DNA of 64,000 nucleotides, from positions 1,268,391 to 1,332,390 of the forward strand of contig NZ_JADPQH010000001.1 of NCBI RefSeq assembly GCF_019173455.1, in the 5' to 3' direction. The first letter of the stretch is position 1. Every line of letters starts with the position of its first letter. The translations under genes and the position numbers were made by a program. Below the pieces are notes generated by a model that made no database searches, was not told the origin of the DNA, and saw only the letters and a program-made list of their open reading frames with translations. The stretch comes from Nesterenkonia sp. Act20 (lineage in GTDB: Bacteria; Actinomycetota; Actinomycetes; Actinomycetales; Micrococcaceae). Shown piece after piece: positions 1-10,101 of the stretch.

Positions 1-954
1 CACGCTTTCGCTCTGCAGGTTCTCCGAAATGGTGAACAGACCGTTCTCCCGCACCTCATCGGTGACGACCAGGTCCACCTGTACCTCGGCCTGGCGGACC
101 TCCTTCTCCATCTCGAGGTCGAGGTGCTCGCCGTACTGCTCCACCGCCAGTCGCGCTCCCTCTTCAGGGTCGCTGACCGCGTCCTTCCAGCCCTGAATCT
201 CGGCTTCGAGGAAGGACTTGATGAGCTCGGGGTCCTCCTCGATCATCTCCTCCGTGGTGATGAAGGCCTCTGCGACGAAGGGCAGTCCGTTCTCGCTGAG
301 CATCAGGTTGGTGACCTCATTGCCCATGAGCTCCACCGTGAGCGACTCATTGGTCACGAAGGCGAAGAAGCCATCGACCTCACCGTCGACCAGTGGGGCA
401 GGATCGTATTCGACCGGGACCATCTCCACCTCTTCGGGATCGATGTCGTTGGCCTCCAGCAGCGCCTCGAACAGCGCCTCATTGCCGCCGGCCTGCACCC
501 CGATGGTCTTGCCCACGAGGTCCTCGGGAGTGGCGATATCTCCGCCATCTGCCAGGGAAAGAATCGTGAAGGGGTTGCGCTGGTACTTCGCGCCGACGAT
601 CTTCAACGGTGCATCCTCCTCCGCGATGACCTGACCGGTTGCCACGGCGTTGGAAGTGCCGATGCTTGCCTCCCCGGAGGCCACCATGTTCTCGATGGGG
701 CCGGGACCCGGAATGAACTCGACGGAGTCGAATCCGGCCTCCTCGTAGTAGCCGTTCTCCTTGGCGAAGAACTCTCCGGCGAACTCGGCATTCTCGATCC
801 ATGACAGCGCCAGGCTGATATCGCCGTAGCTCTCCTCCCCGCCACCTTCAGCCGCTTCGGACTCGTCACCTCCTGAACAGGAGGTGAGTGCGAGGATTCC
901 GACAGCGGAGACGGCGGCAAGCCGACGACGGCGGGAGTGGGTTCCGGTGTTCAT
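1..954 (-). CDS. ABC-transporter substrate-binding lipoprotein (NMT1/THI5-like, NitT/TauT family), N-terminal part; 5' end at 954, gene runs off window start
   Basis: Reverse-strand translation from ATG (rc of 952-954): MNTGTHSRRRRLAAVSAVGILALTSCSGGDES... Lipobox LTSC, then typical SsuA/TauA-like periplasmic binding fold motifs. Not in the ORF track because there is no stop inside the window; the + ORFs 124..804 and 884..1402 are its antisense shadow. Confidence 0.6.
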   Translation of the reverse strand, partial: MNTGTHSRRRRLAAVSAVGILALTSCSGGDESEAAEGGGEESYGDISLALSWIENAEFAGEFFAKENGYYEEAGFDSVEFIPGPGPIENMVASGEASIGTSNAVATGQVIAEEDAPLKIVGAKYQRNPFTILSLADGGDIATPEDLVGKTIGVQAGGNEALFEALLEANDIDPEEVEMVPVEYDPAPLVDGEVDGFFAFVTNESLTVELMGNEVTNLMLSENGLPFVAEAFITTEEMIEEDPELIKSFLEAEIQGWKDAVSDPEEGARLAVEQYGEHLDLEMEKEVRQAEVQVDLVVTDEVRENGLFTISENLQSESV

Positions 955-1068
955 GTGGTGCTCCTTCATCAGTGGTGCAGTGGACGGTGCGAAGAGTGAT
1001 CGGTGGTGCGGTCCTAGGTTCTGGTGCGGGCTGTGCGCTGCGGCGGCCTGCTCTCTGCCCGGGAGGAC

Positions 1069-2478
1069 TCAGCTGACTCCCTGCATCTGCGCTGCGGCTC
1101 GCGCATGGCGGGGAAGCACATCGTCGAGCGCGCCCAGCTGGAGCTGGCCGGATTCCACGAGGGACTTTCCGGCGACCATGACGCACCAGCCGCTGGCAGG
1201 GCCCGAGCGCAGCCAGCCTTCGACGGGATCGGTGAGCGCGCCGGCCTGGGAGAGGGGCGCGGATTCCCAGATCACCAGGTCCGCACAGGCTCCAGGACGA
1301 AGGTGGCCGATCTCGTCGGCCCAACCGAGGTTCGCCGCGGATCCGCGAGTGGCCATGGACAGCGCCCCACGTGCCGACATCGCTGAGGGTCCGTTGCGAT
1401 AGCGGGCCAGCAGCATCGCTCCGCGGGTCTCCATCCAGAGGTTCGCCGAGTCGGAGGAGGCCGAACCGTCGCAGCCGAGGCCCACCGCCATGCCCATAGA
1501 GCGCAGCGCCTGGGCGTCGGCGGTGTCACCGGCGAGGATCATGTTGGAGCTGGGACACTGCGTCGCGGTGACGCCTGCGGCCGCAAGTCGGCGATTCTCC
1601 TCCTCGTTGCCGTACACATAGTGCGCGACCCAGGACCGGGGCGTGGCCCAGCCGACGTCCTCGAAGTACTCCACGGGGCGCCGCCCGTAGACCTCCAGGG
1701 CGTAGGTGTCCTCGTCCTTGTCTTCAGCGAGGTGGGTATGCAGCCGGACGTCATGCTTCTCGGCGAGCTCGGCGGTCTTGCGCATGATCGACTCGCTGAC
1801 CGAAAACATGGAACACGGCGCCAGTGCCACGCGGGTCATCGCGCCAGGTGTCGGGTCATGGAAGGTGGAGATCAGTCGCTCGGAATCGGCGAGGATGGTC
1901 TCCTCGTCCTGCACCACCGCCTTGGGCGGCAGCCCGCCGTCCTCCACGGAGCGGGTCATCGAGCCGCGGTTGGCCATGAAGCGGAAGCCGATCTCGGTGG
2001 TGGCCTTGATCTGGGCGTCGATCAGGTTCGGCCTCGGGTGCACATACATGTGGTCCGAGGAGGTGGTGCAGCCACTCAGCAGCAGCTCCGCGCAGGCCAC
2101 ATAGGTGGAGAGATAGGTGGACTCTTCGTCCAGCGCCGCCCAGCGCGGGTAGAGGGTGGTGAGCCATTGGAAGAGGCTCCCATTGATGGCCGGGGCGAAG
2201 GCCCTCGTGAGGTTCTGGTACATGTGATGGTGCGTGTTGACCAGACCCGGAGTGATGAGCCGACCGCCGGCGTCGATCACTCGCTCGGCCGCCGGAGGCT
2301 GCACCGACCTCGCCCCAGCACTGTGCACCCGCCCGGCATCGAGAGCGATCCACCCGCCGTCGATCTCCCGGCCGGCCTCCAGCGCCTCCTGCTGCGCCTC
2401 GGGTCCCTCAGTCGCGACGTCGAGCACGATATAGGCGTTGGTGATCAGCGTGTCGACGCGCAGTGCGGCGGGGGGCAT
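1069..2478 (-). CDS. Amidohydrolase-superfamily deaminase (guanine/8-oxoguanine deaminase-like)
   Basis: 469 aa; metal-binding motif GLVNTHHHMYQ, later HTHLAED and DGSASSD motifs typical of the guanine/cytosine deaminase subfamily; position at the head of the purine cluster. Confidence 0.6.
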   Translation of the reverse strand: MPPAALRVDTLITNAYIVLDVATEGPEAQQEALEAGREIDGGWIALDAGRVHSAGARSVQPPAAERVIDAGGRLITPGLVNTHHHMYQNLTRAFAPAINGSLFQWLTTLYPRWAALDEESTYLSTYVACAELLLSGCTTSSDHMYVHPRPNLIDAQIKATTEIGFRFMANRGSMTRSVEDGGLPPKAVVQDEETILADSERLISTFHDPTPGAMTRVALAPCSMFSVSESIMRKTAELAEKHDVRLHTHLAEDKDEDTYALEVYGRRPVEYFEDVGWATPRSWVAHYVYGNEEENRRLAAAGVTATQCPSSNMILAGDTADAQALRSMGMAVGLGCDGSASSDSANLWMETRGAMLLARYRNGPSAMSARGALSMATRGSAANLGWADEIGHLRPGACADLVIWESAPLSQAGALTDPVEGWLRSGPASGWCVMVAGKSLVESGQLQLGALDDVLPRHARAAAQMQGVS

Positions 2479-2656
2479 TCGTCCTCCTGAAGTTGATTGA
2501 CCCCAACCTATGAAACAGATGTTTCTTCCTTCACTCGGCTCGGTTACGGATATGTAAATGCCGGAGCGCGTAACGGCGCTGTAACCCGCGCTTGCCTAAG
2601 CTGGAGCACGATTCCAGCTCATGGCCGCAGCGCCGCGCACTCCCGGAGGAGGCACC

Positions 2657-3700
2657 ATGCTCGACCGCATCACCTCCTACAGCTCCTGCCTCGACGACCC
2701 CGAACACTGGGCGATAGCAACAATCGTTTCGGTGCATGGCTCCTCGCCCAGCCCGGTGGGCACCTCGATGGCGGTCTCTGCCGACCTGGAGATCATCGGC
2801 TCACTCTCCGGGGGCTGCGTGGAGTCCTCGGTGGCCGCATCCGCCCAGGACGCGATCGCTGCCGGGACCGTCCGCCGGGAAGCCTTCGGACCCGACGGCA
2901 CCCCGTTCGGTCAGGCTGGCCTCGGAATCGCGTTGACCTGCGGCGGCGAGATCGAGGTGCTCATCCAGCCCCTGGTGACCGCCGAGCTGGATACGCTGCG
3001 TGAGCTCGCGGAGCGGGATCCACACGTTCCGGCGGAACTGACTCGGATGGTGACAGATCACGCGGGGACCCGTCTGGTCATCCGGGAACAGCGCGCCGGC
3101 TCGCCGCGGCTCATTCTCAGCGGAGTCCATGACTTCTCCACCCAGCTGGCTCAGCTCGCACTGCAGATCGGCTGGAACGTCCACCTGGTGGAGATCCGCC
3201 CCGCCTTCGGCACGCCCGAGCGCGTCCCCACCGGAGCGCAGCTGCACCTGGGACACCCCGGCACGATCATCGCCGAGCTGCTGCAGGACGAGGCCGCGGC
3301 CTGGACCGGTGTGGTCGTGATGACCCACCACCCGGATCTCGACGTCCCGGTGCTGGACGCGGCGCTGAGTCTGGCGAACCGGGCGGACTGGGTCAACGAT
3401 GCCGACGACGACGCAGCCCGCTGCTTTATCGGGGCCATGGGTTCACGCACCTCAGCGGCACGCCGAGACGCCGCACTGCGCGCCATGGGTCACAGCGAGG
3501 CCGCCCGCGAGCGCGTGGTCTCCCCGCTGGGACTGGACTTGGGCGCCGAGACGCCCGGAGAAGCGGCAGTCTCGATGCTCGCCGAGCTCCTCGCAGCGAA
3601 GAACTCCCAGACCAGTGCACAGCCGCTGAGCCTCAGCGAAGGACCGATCAATGCGTCTCGGCCGCGCAGCATCAGCATCATCAGAGAAATGGCAGTGTGA
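2657..3700 (+). CDS. xdhC: XdhC/CoxI-family molybdoenzyme maturation factor
   Basis: GGAGGAGG RBS immediately before ATG 2657 (track ORF begins earlier at 2621). N-terminal XdhC_CoxI domain and C-terminal Rossmann-like XdhC_C (AVSADLEIIGSLSGGCVE...GGEIEV...); stop 3 nt before the XDH gene. Confidence 0.75.
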   Translation: MLDRITSYSSCLDDPEHWAIATIVSVHGSSPSPVGTSMAVSADLEIIGSLSGGCVESSVAASAQDAIAAGTVRREAFGPDGTPFGQAGLGIALTCGGEIEVLIQPLVTAELDTLRELAERDPHVPAELTRMVTDHAGTRLVIREQRAGSPRLILSGVHDFSTQLAQLALQIGWNVHLVEIRPAFGTPERVPTGAQLHLGHPGTIIAELLQDEAAAWTGVVVMTHHPDLDVPVLDAALSLANRADWVNDADDDAARCFIGAMGSRTSAARRDAALRAMGHSEAARERVVSPLGLDLGAETPGEAAVSMLAELLAAKNSQTSAQPLSLSEGPINASRPRSISIIREMAV

Positions 3701-3703
3701 ACC

Positions 3704-6700
3704 GTGGACATCACCAGTGTTGAGACGACCCTGAGCACCGCGGATCCGGAGGATTTCGAGCCCGGGGATTCCAGGCTTGCCGGAGGCACGGTGCTCTACT
3801 CCTATGGCTATGACTTCACGAACCCCGCCCCGCGCAGGCTTCTGGACATCACTGCTGCCGGGTGGGCACCCCTGACCTGGCACGAGCAGGACGCCGGTCA
3901 GGGATGGACGGGCTTGGAGATCGCCGCCACCACGACCATCGCGCAGTTCCACGCCGCCGCCTCGTCTCTGGCCGGGACCGGTGCCGAGGGGCTGCCCGGC
4001 ATCAAGCTCATGGAGGCTGCCGCAGAGTGCTTCGTAGCCTCCTGGAAGGTGTGGAACAGCTCCACCGTGGGCGGCAATGTCGCTACTGCGCTGCCGGCGG
4101 GACCGATGACCTCCTGGCTCTCCGCCATGGAGGCTCAGGCTGTGATCTTTTCCCCCGGCGGGACCCGACGTACCGCGTTGGTCTCGGATCTGGTGCTCGG
4201 CACAGGGTCCACCGCCCTGGAGTCCGGCGAATTAATCCGCGCCTTCTTCGTGCCCGTCAGCGCGCTGGCGCGCCCCACGCTGATGGTGCGGGAATCGCTG
4301 ACCCGCTACGGCCGGTCTGCCGCCCTGCTGCTCGCCTCCCCCCTCCCTGGTGGGGCCCACGGCACCGATCAGGTGCGTCTCACCATCACCGCCAGCACGG
4401 TGCATCCAGTGATCCTGCAGCTTTCCCGCGATGCTGCGGTGGACACCGGAGTGGCGGCCGCAGTGCGCGCCGGGGTCCCCGAGTCGACGTGGAATGACGA
4501 TGTCCATGGCGACCGCGAGTGGCGCATCGAGGTCACGATCCGGCTCGCGCAGGAACTTGCAGAGGCGATCTTCAGCCAGGAGCGCGCCTCTGCACTCGCG
4601 CCACAGGGTGCGGAGGCATCCTCTGCCCAGGCGGAGCTCCCCGAGCCGACTCTGCTGAGCACACATGCTGCGGCCGGGCAGCCAGCCCAGCCAGCCCAGG
4701 TCACGGTGGACGGCAGGCAGCTCGCCTTGGACGCTGATCCCGGGCAGTGCCTGCGCACCTGGCTGCGGGACACCGGCGCGGCCGGGGTCAAACGCGGTTG
4801 TGACGCCGGAGACTGTGGGGCCTGCACCGTGCATCTCGCCCAGCCCGGGCAGAAGCCGACCGCGGTGCACAGCTGCATCGTCCCGGCGCAGCGCGCCGCG
4901 GGAACCGAGGTCACCACCGTGCAGGGGCTGAGTCCGGAAGCCACCGCCCAGGTGCTGTCCTCCCAGCAGGAAGACGGTGCATCACATGATCATGAGGCGT
5001 TCGCGGCCGCCCTGCATCCGACCCAGCGGGACTTCCTCGACTCTCACGGCTTCCAGTGCGGCTACTGCACCGCTGGCTACCTGATGACCGCCACCGCGGA
5101 GAGCCCGTACTCTCCCGGGCCCTCGCCCGCTGACACCAACCCTGGAGGTCCTGCCGAGCGCGAGACCGATGAATCGACCGAGACGGCCACCGGGACGACC
5201 CTGGACGCCGAGGACCCCGCGACGCTTCGTCGATTCAAGGGCAATCTCTGCCGATGCACCGGCTACTGCTCGATCAAGGATGCGCTCACGCAGACCCCAC
5301 GGGTCAGCGCCGAATCAGGCCCCGGAAAGAGCCCGGCACCACCCGCCGGACCCGCCGTGGTCACCGGCACCGCTGCCTTCACCTTTGACCAGGCCGGCGA
5401 GCGACCCCCGGAGGATCCTCTGCACATCGTAGTGATCCGGTCCCCGCATGCCCACGCCCGGATCCAGAACATCGATGCCCGGGCAGCCCTGGACGCGCCC
5501 GGAGTGATCGCCGTGCTCACCCACGAGGACGCCCCCGCTGAGCTCTACTCCTCCGCTCAGCACGAACTGGTGGAGGATGACCCCGCGGACACCCGGGTGC
5601 TCGATGACGTGGTCCGCCACGTGGGGCAGCGGGTCGCCGTCGTCGTCGGGGAATCTCGTCGACAGGCCGAACGCGCCGCGAAGCTGGTACAGGTGGACTA
5701 CGAACCGCTTCCCGCAGTGCTGGATCCACGGACTGCACAGGACACAGGGGCCGCTGCGGTCCACGCGGGAAAGGACTCCGCCACGCACCGGATCCTCGCC
5801 CCGAAGAGGAACCTCGTGGCCGTCGCCTCCAGCTCCCACGGCCAGGCCGAGCAACAGCTCGCCTCGCTCCAGCCCTCTGAAGGCGCGGCACTGTCCACGG
5901 GTGAAACGGGCACCTCCTACACCGGCAGCTTCGAGACCCACCGGACCTCGCATGTGGCACTGGAGACCCACGGCTGCCTGGGGTGGATCGATGAGCTGGG
6001 CCGTTTCACGCTGCGTTCCTCCACGCAGGTTCCCTTCCTGGTGCGGCGCACCCTGTGTCGGATCTTCGGTCTCGCGCCGGAGGCGGTGCGCGTCTTCGCG
6101 CCGAGGGTGGGTGGGGGCTTCGGCTCCAAGCAGGAGGTGCTCACCGAGGATCTGGTGCTTCTGGTGCTGCGCACTCTGCATGAGCGCGGAATCGACCGGC
6201 CGGTGCAGCTGGAGCTCACCCGTTCGGAGGCCTTCGCAGCGACCACCACGCGTCACCCCTATCTGATCGACGTCTCGGTGGGAGCCGACGCTGAGGGCGC
6301 GCTGCAGGCCATGCAGCTGCGGGTGCTCTCCGACACCGGGGCCTACGGCAACCATGGGCCCGGGGTGATGTTCCACAGCGTGACCGAGTCCATGCAGCTC
6401 TACTCGGCCCCGCATAAGCAGGTGCACGCCGAAGTGGTCTACACCAACAATCCCCCGGCGGGCGCCTTCCGCGGCTACGGACTGAGCCAGACCCTCTTCG
6501 CGGTGGATTCGGCGATGGACGAGCTGGCCCACCGGCTGGGTCGGGATCCGCTGAGCTTCAAGGCGGCGAACATCATCGCCCAGGGTGAGACCCTCTTCGG
6601 CGCAGAACATGACGATGTGCTCGTGGAGGTGGACGGGCTGCAGCAGTGCCTGGAGATCATCGGCAAGGAGCTGCGCACCGGCGAGCTGAGTGCTGCGGAG

Positions 6701-7702
6701 CTGGCAGAGTGTGAGGGTCTGCTTGCGGAGGAGCGTCACGGTGCTCTCGAGGCAGCGCCCAGCGACGGTCCCGATGAAGCGCCCGACGGCGCGAAAGCTG
6801 GCCTTTCGCTCGGGGACTGGGCGGTGGGCACCGGCACCGCGGTGGCGATGATCGACACCGTGCCACCCAACGGGCATCATTCCCACGCCACCGTCGCCGC
6901 GCTCGGGTCCGGGCGCTACCAGCTCAAGGTCGGCACCGCGGAGTTCGGCAACGGCACCTCCACCGTGCACCGCCAGGTGGTGGCCGAGGTGCTGGGCACC
7001 ACCGCCGAGAAGATCCACCTGGTCCAGGCCGACACGGACGCCGTGCGTTTCGACACCGGCGCCTTCGGCTCCACCGGCATCACGGTCGGGGTCAAGGCAG
7101 CCCATGCCGCCGCGGAAGATCTGCTCAAAAAGCTCTCCGCCAATCCGGAGGCGGACCCCGCCGGGCTCATCGGCGAGGGCACCTGGTCCGGCACTCCCCG
7201 CTCGGTCTCGTTCAACGTGCATGGTTTCCGGATCGCGGTGGACCGGCGCAGCGGGACCCTGCGCATCCTGCAGTCGGTGCAGGCCGCCGACGCCGGCGTG
7301 GTGCTCAATGAGGCGCAGTGCCGCGGACAGGTCGAAGGCGGTGTCGCCCAGGCGCTGGGCGCGGCGATGTTCGAGGAGCTGGAGATCGATCAGGACGGCG
7401 CCGTCACCACCGACATCCTGCGCAATTACCACATACCCCAGATGGCAGACGTGCCGCGCACCGAAGTCCATTTCGCCCAGACCCGCGATCCCATCGGACC
7501 CCTGGGTGCCAAGTCGATGTCCGAGGCACCGTTCAACCCTGTCGCACCGGCGCTGGGCAATGCGATTCGCGATGCCACCGGGGTCCGCATGACGCGCACG
7601 CCCTTCCGCAAGGACCGGATCGCGGCGGCCCTGCGGAACGCGGAGCTCAGCAAGTCCGGCCTCAGCGAGGCGATCTCTCAGTCCGAGATCTCTGGAGCCT
7701 GA
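3704..7702 (+). CDS. Xanthine dehydrogenase/aldehyde oxidase-family molybdoenzyme, single 1332-aa polypeptide with FAD - [2Fe-2S] - molybdopterin domains in CoxM-CoxS-CoxL order
   Basis: GTG start. N-terminal ~300 aa CoxM-like FAD-binding domain; residues ~330-530 with two [2Fe-2S] motifs ([14 protein letters not shown]; [12 protein letters not shown] ... [11 protein letters not shown]); C-terminal ~780 aa a/b-hammerhead plus Moco-binding large-subunit fold ([17 protein letters not shown]...GGGFGSK...). Translationally adjacent to xdhC. Confidence 0.8.
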   Translation: MDITSVETTLSTADPEDFEPGDSRLAGGTVLYSYGYDFTNPAPRRLLDITAAGWAPLTWHEQDAGQGWTGLEIAATTTIAQFHAAASSLAGTGAEGLPGIKLMEAAAECFVASWKVWNSSTVGGNVATALPAGPMTSWLSAMEAQAVIFSPGGTRRTALVSDLVLGTGSTALESGELIRAFFVPVSALARPTLMVRESLTRYGRSAALLLASPLPGGAHGTDQVRLTITASTVHPVILQLSRDAAVDTGVAAAVRAGVPESTWNDDVHGDREWRIEVTIRLAQELAEAIFSQERASALAPQGAEASSAQAELPEPTLLSTHAAAGQPAQPAQVTVDGRQLALDADPGQCLRTWLRDTGAAGVKRGCDAGDCGACTVHLAQPGQKPTAVHSCIVPAQRAAGTEVTTVQGLSPEATAQVLSSQQEDGASHDHEAFAAALHPTQRDFLDSHGFQCGYCTAGYLMTATAESPYSPGPSPADTNPGGPAERETDESTETATGTTLDAEDPATLRRFKGNLCRCTGYCSIKDALTQTPRVSAESGPGKSPAPPAGPAVVTGTAAFTFDQAGERPPEDPLHIVVIRSPHAHARIQNIDARAALDAPGVIAVLTHEDAPAELYSSAQHELVEDDPADTRVLDDVVRHVGQRVAVVVGESRRQAERAAKLVQVDYEPLPAVLDPRTAQDTGAAAVHAGKDSATHRILAPKRNLVAVASSSHGQAEQQLASLQPSEGAALSTGETGTSYTGSFETHRTSHVALETHGCLGWIDELGRFTLRSSTQVPFLVRRTLCRIFGLAPEAVRVFAPRVGGGFGSKQEVLTEDLVLLVLRTLHERGIDRPVQLELTRSEAFAATTTRHPYLIDVSVGADAEGALQAMQLRVLSDTGAYGNHGPGVMFHSVTESMQLYSAPHKQVHAEVVYTNNPPAGAFRGYGLSQTLFAVDSAMDELAHRLGRDPLSFKAANIIAQGETLFGAEHDDVLVEVDGLQQCLEIIGKELRTGELSAAELAECEGLLAEERHGALEAAPSDGPDEAPDGAKAGLSLGDWAVGTGTAVAMIDTVPPNGHHSHATVAALGSGRYQLKVGTAEFGNGTSTVHRQVVAEVLGTTAEKIHLVQADTDAVRFDTGAFGSTGITVGVKAAHAAAEDLLKKLSANPEADPAGLIGEGTWSGTPRSVSFNVHGFRIAVDRRSGTLRILQSVQAADAGVVLNEAQCRGQVEGGVAQALGAAMFEELEIDQDGAVTTDILRNYHIPQMADVPRTEVHFAQTRDPIGPLGAKSMSEAPFNPVAPALGNAIRDATGVRMTRTPFRKDRIAAALRNAELSKSGLSEAISQSEISGA

Positions 7703-8376
7703 GCGGCGCGCCACCGCAGCAGGTCCTCAGGCGTGTCGATGTCGGCGGCTTCGGCGCAGTCGGTGAGGTCGATGGCGTCGAGGAGCTCGGGATGGTCGCG
7801 CAGATACGCCCGGGCACCCTCGTCCTGCTGCGCGGCGGCTGCGGCGTCGAGAGCGGCGCGGATCTCGAAGACCACGGGGTGCGTGGGGCGTCCCTGAACC
7901 ACACCGCGCGCAACGCGACCGGGACGGTGCGCGTCGAGGACCCTGCGCAGCGCCTCCGCCCCGATGCCCGGCTGGTCCACCAGAACGACGGCGACCCGGT
8001 CAGCCCGGCGGTCACGGGCAGCCTGGATTCCAGTGCGGAAGGACGCCGAGAGCCCTCGATGCCAGTTCGGGCAGACCACGACCTCCGGGGCTATGGCAGA
8101 CGCTTCGCCCAGCGCTACCGCTTCGTCCAACACTGCGAGGGCCTCCTCGGCGCGGTGGCCCAGCACCAGCAGCGGGACAGTTCCTGCATCCGTCGCCGCC
8201 TGCACCGCGCGCTGCATCAGCGTTCTGCCGTGCACACTCACCAGTGCCTTACCTCGAGAACCGAGCCTGCTTCCCTCCCCTGCGGCGAGGATCACCGTCA
8301 CCGTCCTCAGGGGTTCGGGGTCGGGCCCCAGGGCAGCCGGGCGCGGCACGAGCTGCTGTGGACCCGTCACTGCCAT
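7678..8376 (-). CDS. mocA: MocA-like molybdenum cofactor cytidylyltransferase (MobA-like NTP transferase)
   Basis: Start at internal ATG (rc 8374-8376) of track ORF 7678..8484. [15 protein letters not shown] ... VLVDQP motifs of the MobA/MocA nucleotidyltransferase fold; consistent with MCD-type Moco required by CoxL-type enzymes. Confidence 0.65.
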   Translation of the reverse strand: MAVTGPQQLVPRPAALGPDPEPLRTVTVILAAGEGSRLGSRGKALVSVHGRTLMQRAVQAATDAGTVPLLVLGHRAEEALAVLDEAVALGEASAIAPEVVVCPNWHRGLSASFRTGIQAARDRRADRVAVVLVDQPGIGAEALRRVLDAHRPGRVARGVVQGRPTHPVVFEIRAALDAAAAAQQDEGARAYLRDHPELLDAIDLTDCAEAADIDTPEDLLRWRAAQAPEISD

Positions 8377-8389
8377 CTTGCACCCTCGC

Positions 8390-8662
8390 TCAGGCGCGCT
8401 CGTTGGCGGCTTGACCCAGCGCGATGAGCTTCTCTCCCAGACCGTAGCTGCGGTCGGCGAGCTGGCGGACATAGCCCTTGGCAATCATGGTGCGCAGCAG
8501 CCTGTGCGCGGTCGGCGCGGGAAGATGAGTCTGTTCTGCCAGTTCGCTGAGGCTCATCTGGCCACCGTGGGCACCGATGGCTTCGAGGATGTCGAACGCC
8601 CGGTCCACTGACTGCACCTTGCGTGGTCCCTCGGTCATGAGCCGCTCCTTGTCATCGGTCAT
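8390..8662 (-). CDS. IclR-family HTH domain-only protein (90 aa; truncated regulator or remnant)
   Basis: SLSELAEQTHLPAPTAHRLLRTMIAKGYV is a canonical IclR N-terminal wHTH; ORF stops at the linker helix with no effector domain; 13 nt gap to mocA. Confidence 0.5.
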   Translation of the reverse strand: MTDDKERLMTEGPRKVQSVDRAFDILEAIGAHGGQMSLSELAEQTHLPAPTAHRLLRTMIAKGYVRQLADRSYGLGEKLIALGQAANERA

Positions 8663-8667
8663 GTGGA

Positions 8668-10101
8668 TCAGCGCTTCATCACGCTGAGCGCAGGGTGGCC
8701 GGTGCCGCGGAGGAACTGTCCCACAGGGGCCAGTGCAGTGGTCGTGTCCCGGGCGGTGAACAGCTCGATGCCGCGCAGCACAGCTCCGATCACGGTGCCG
8801 GTGATCTCGAGATGCTCATAGGCAGAGATCGGATTCTTGTGCGCCAGTCCCACGGCGGAGACCACATTGGTCTCCAGCGGGTCATAGATCACCAGGTCCG
8901 CATCCTTACCCGTGGCGATGGTCCCCTTGCGAGTCAGCCCGGCCAGGGTGGAGGTGTTCTGGGCCATCCACCTGCTGACCTGCTCAAGTCCTATTCCACG
9001 CAGCCGAGCTTCATGGGCCACGGCGGAGAATCCCACCTGCAGCCCGGATATCCCGCCCCATGCCTGCTGCAGGTCAGGGGCTCCGCGGTGCTTCTCCTCG
9101 ATCGTGGAGGGCGAATGATCGCTGACCACCGCGTCGATGAGCCCCTCGCGCAGTCCCTCCCAGAGCGCCTCCCGGTTGCCGGTGTCGCGGATCGGCGGGC
9201 AGCATTTGAACTCGGCGGCCCCATCCGGGATCGAGTCGGCGTCGAAGCAGAGGTAATGAGGGCAGGTCTCTACAGAGAGCGGCAGACCTTCAGCGCGGGC
9301 CGCGCCAATGATGTCCAGAGCACGGGCGGAGGCCAGGTGCAGGATATGTGTCCGGCAGCCCGTCTCGCGGACGGCTTCGATGAGATCGCTGATCGCTGCC
9401 ACTTCGGCATCATGCGGGCGGGTGAGCGCCCAGTCCGCGTAGTGGCTGAGCCGGCGTCGTCGGCCGGTGACCTCGGTGGCACGTTCGATCGTCTCGGCAT
9501 CTTCTGCGTGGACGATCACCAGACCGTCGAATCCGGCCACTTCGGCCATCGCCTCGCGCAGCTGCTCGCCGTTCACCGGTGGGAACTCATCCACCCCGGA
9601 GGGCAGCAGGAAGCATTTGAACCCGAAGGCACCGGCTTCCCAGAGGGGCCTGAGCTGGGCGGTGTTGCCGGGGATGATCCCTCCCCAGAAGCCGACGTCC
9701 ACATAGGTCTGGCCCGCAGCGGCCTGCTGCTTGATCCGCAGCGACTCCACATCCACCGTGGGCGGGATGGAATTCAACGGCATGTCCACCACGGTGGTGA
9801 CCCCGCCCAGTGCCGCCGCCATGGTGCCGGTGGCGAAGCCCTCCCAGCTGGTGCGGCCGGGCTCGTTGATGTGGACGTGGGTGTCGACGTTGCCCGGGAG
9901 CACCTGGTGGGCGGGCCTGACCACGGTCATCCCGGCGCCGGCGCCGACGTCGCTGGCTTTAACGATCTCGGCCCGCCGCCGACCTTCGCCCGGGCTCAGC
10001 CGATGGATCCGGGCGATCTCACCGTCGAGGATCTCCAGGTGCGCGGGAAGGAACTCTCCTTCGAGCAGCACCTGCTCGGCGATGAGGTGTCGCAGCGTCA
10101 A
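8668..10101 (-). CDS. allB: Allantoinase (cyclic amidohydrolase)
   Basis: Track ORF 8668..11100 is an over-extension; probable TTG start at rc 10099-10101 overlapping the permease stop (TTGA). 478 aa; DTHVHINEPGRT metal motif, carbamylated-Lys region FKCFL, dihydroorotase/allantoinase fold. Confidence 0.75.
   Translation of the reverse strand: MTLRHLIAEQVLLEGEFLPAHLEILDGEIARIHRLSPGEGRRRAEIVKASDVGAGAGMTVVRPAHQVLPGNVDTHVHINEPGRTSWEGFATGTMAAALGGVTTVVDMPLNSIPPTVDVESLRIKQQAAAGQTYVDVGFWGGIIPGNTAQLRPLWEAGAFGFKCFLLPSGVDEFPPVNGEQLREAMAEVAGFDGLVIVHAEDAETIERATEVTGRRRRLSHYADWALTRPHDAEVAAISDLIEAVRETGCRTHILHLASARALDIIGAARAEGLPLSVETCPHYLCFDADSIPDGAAEFKCCPPIRDTGNREALWEGLREGLIDAVVSDHSPSTIEEKHRGAPDLQQAWGGISGLQVGFSAVAHEARLRGIGLEQVSRWMAQNTSTLAGLTRKGTIATGKDADLVIYDPLETNVVSAVGLAHKNPISAYEHLEITGTVIGAVLRGIELFTARDTTTALAPVGQFLRGTGHPALSVMKR

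Noticed and set aside
5315-7714. 799-aa minus-strand ORF inside the XDH gene
   Set aside because: Antisense shadow of the Moco large-subunit domain; low-complexity R/G/A-rich product.
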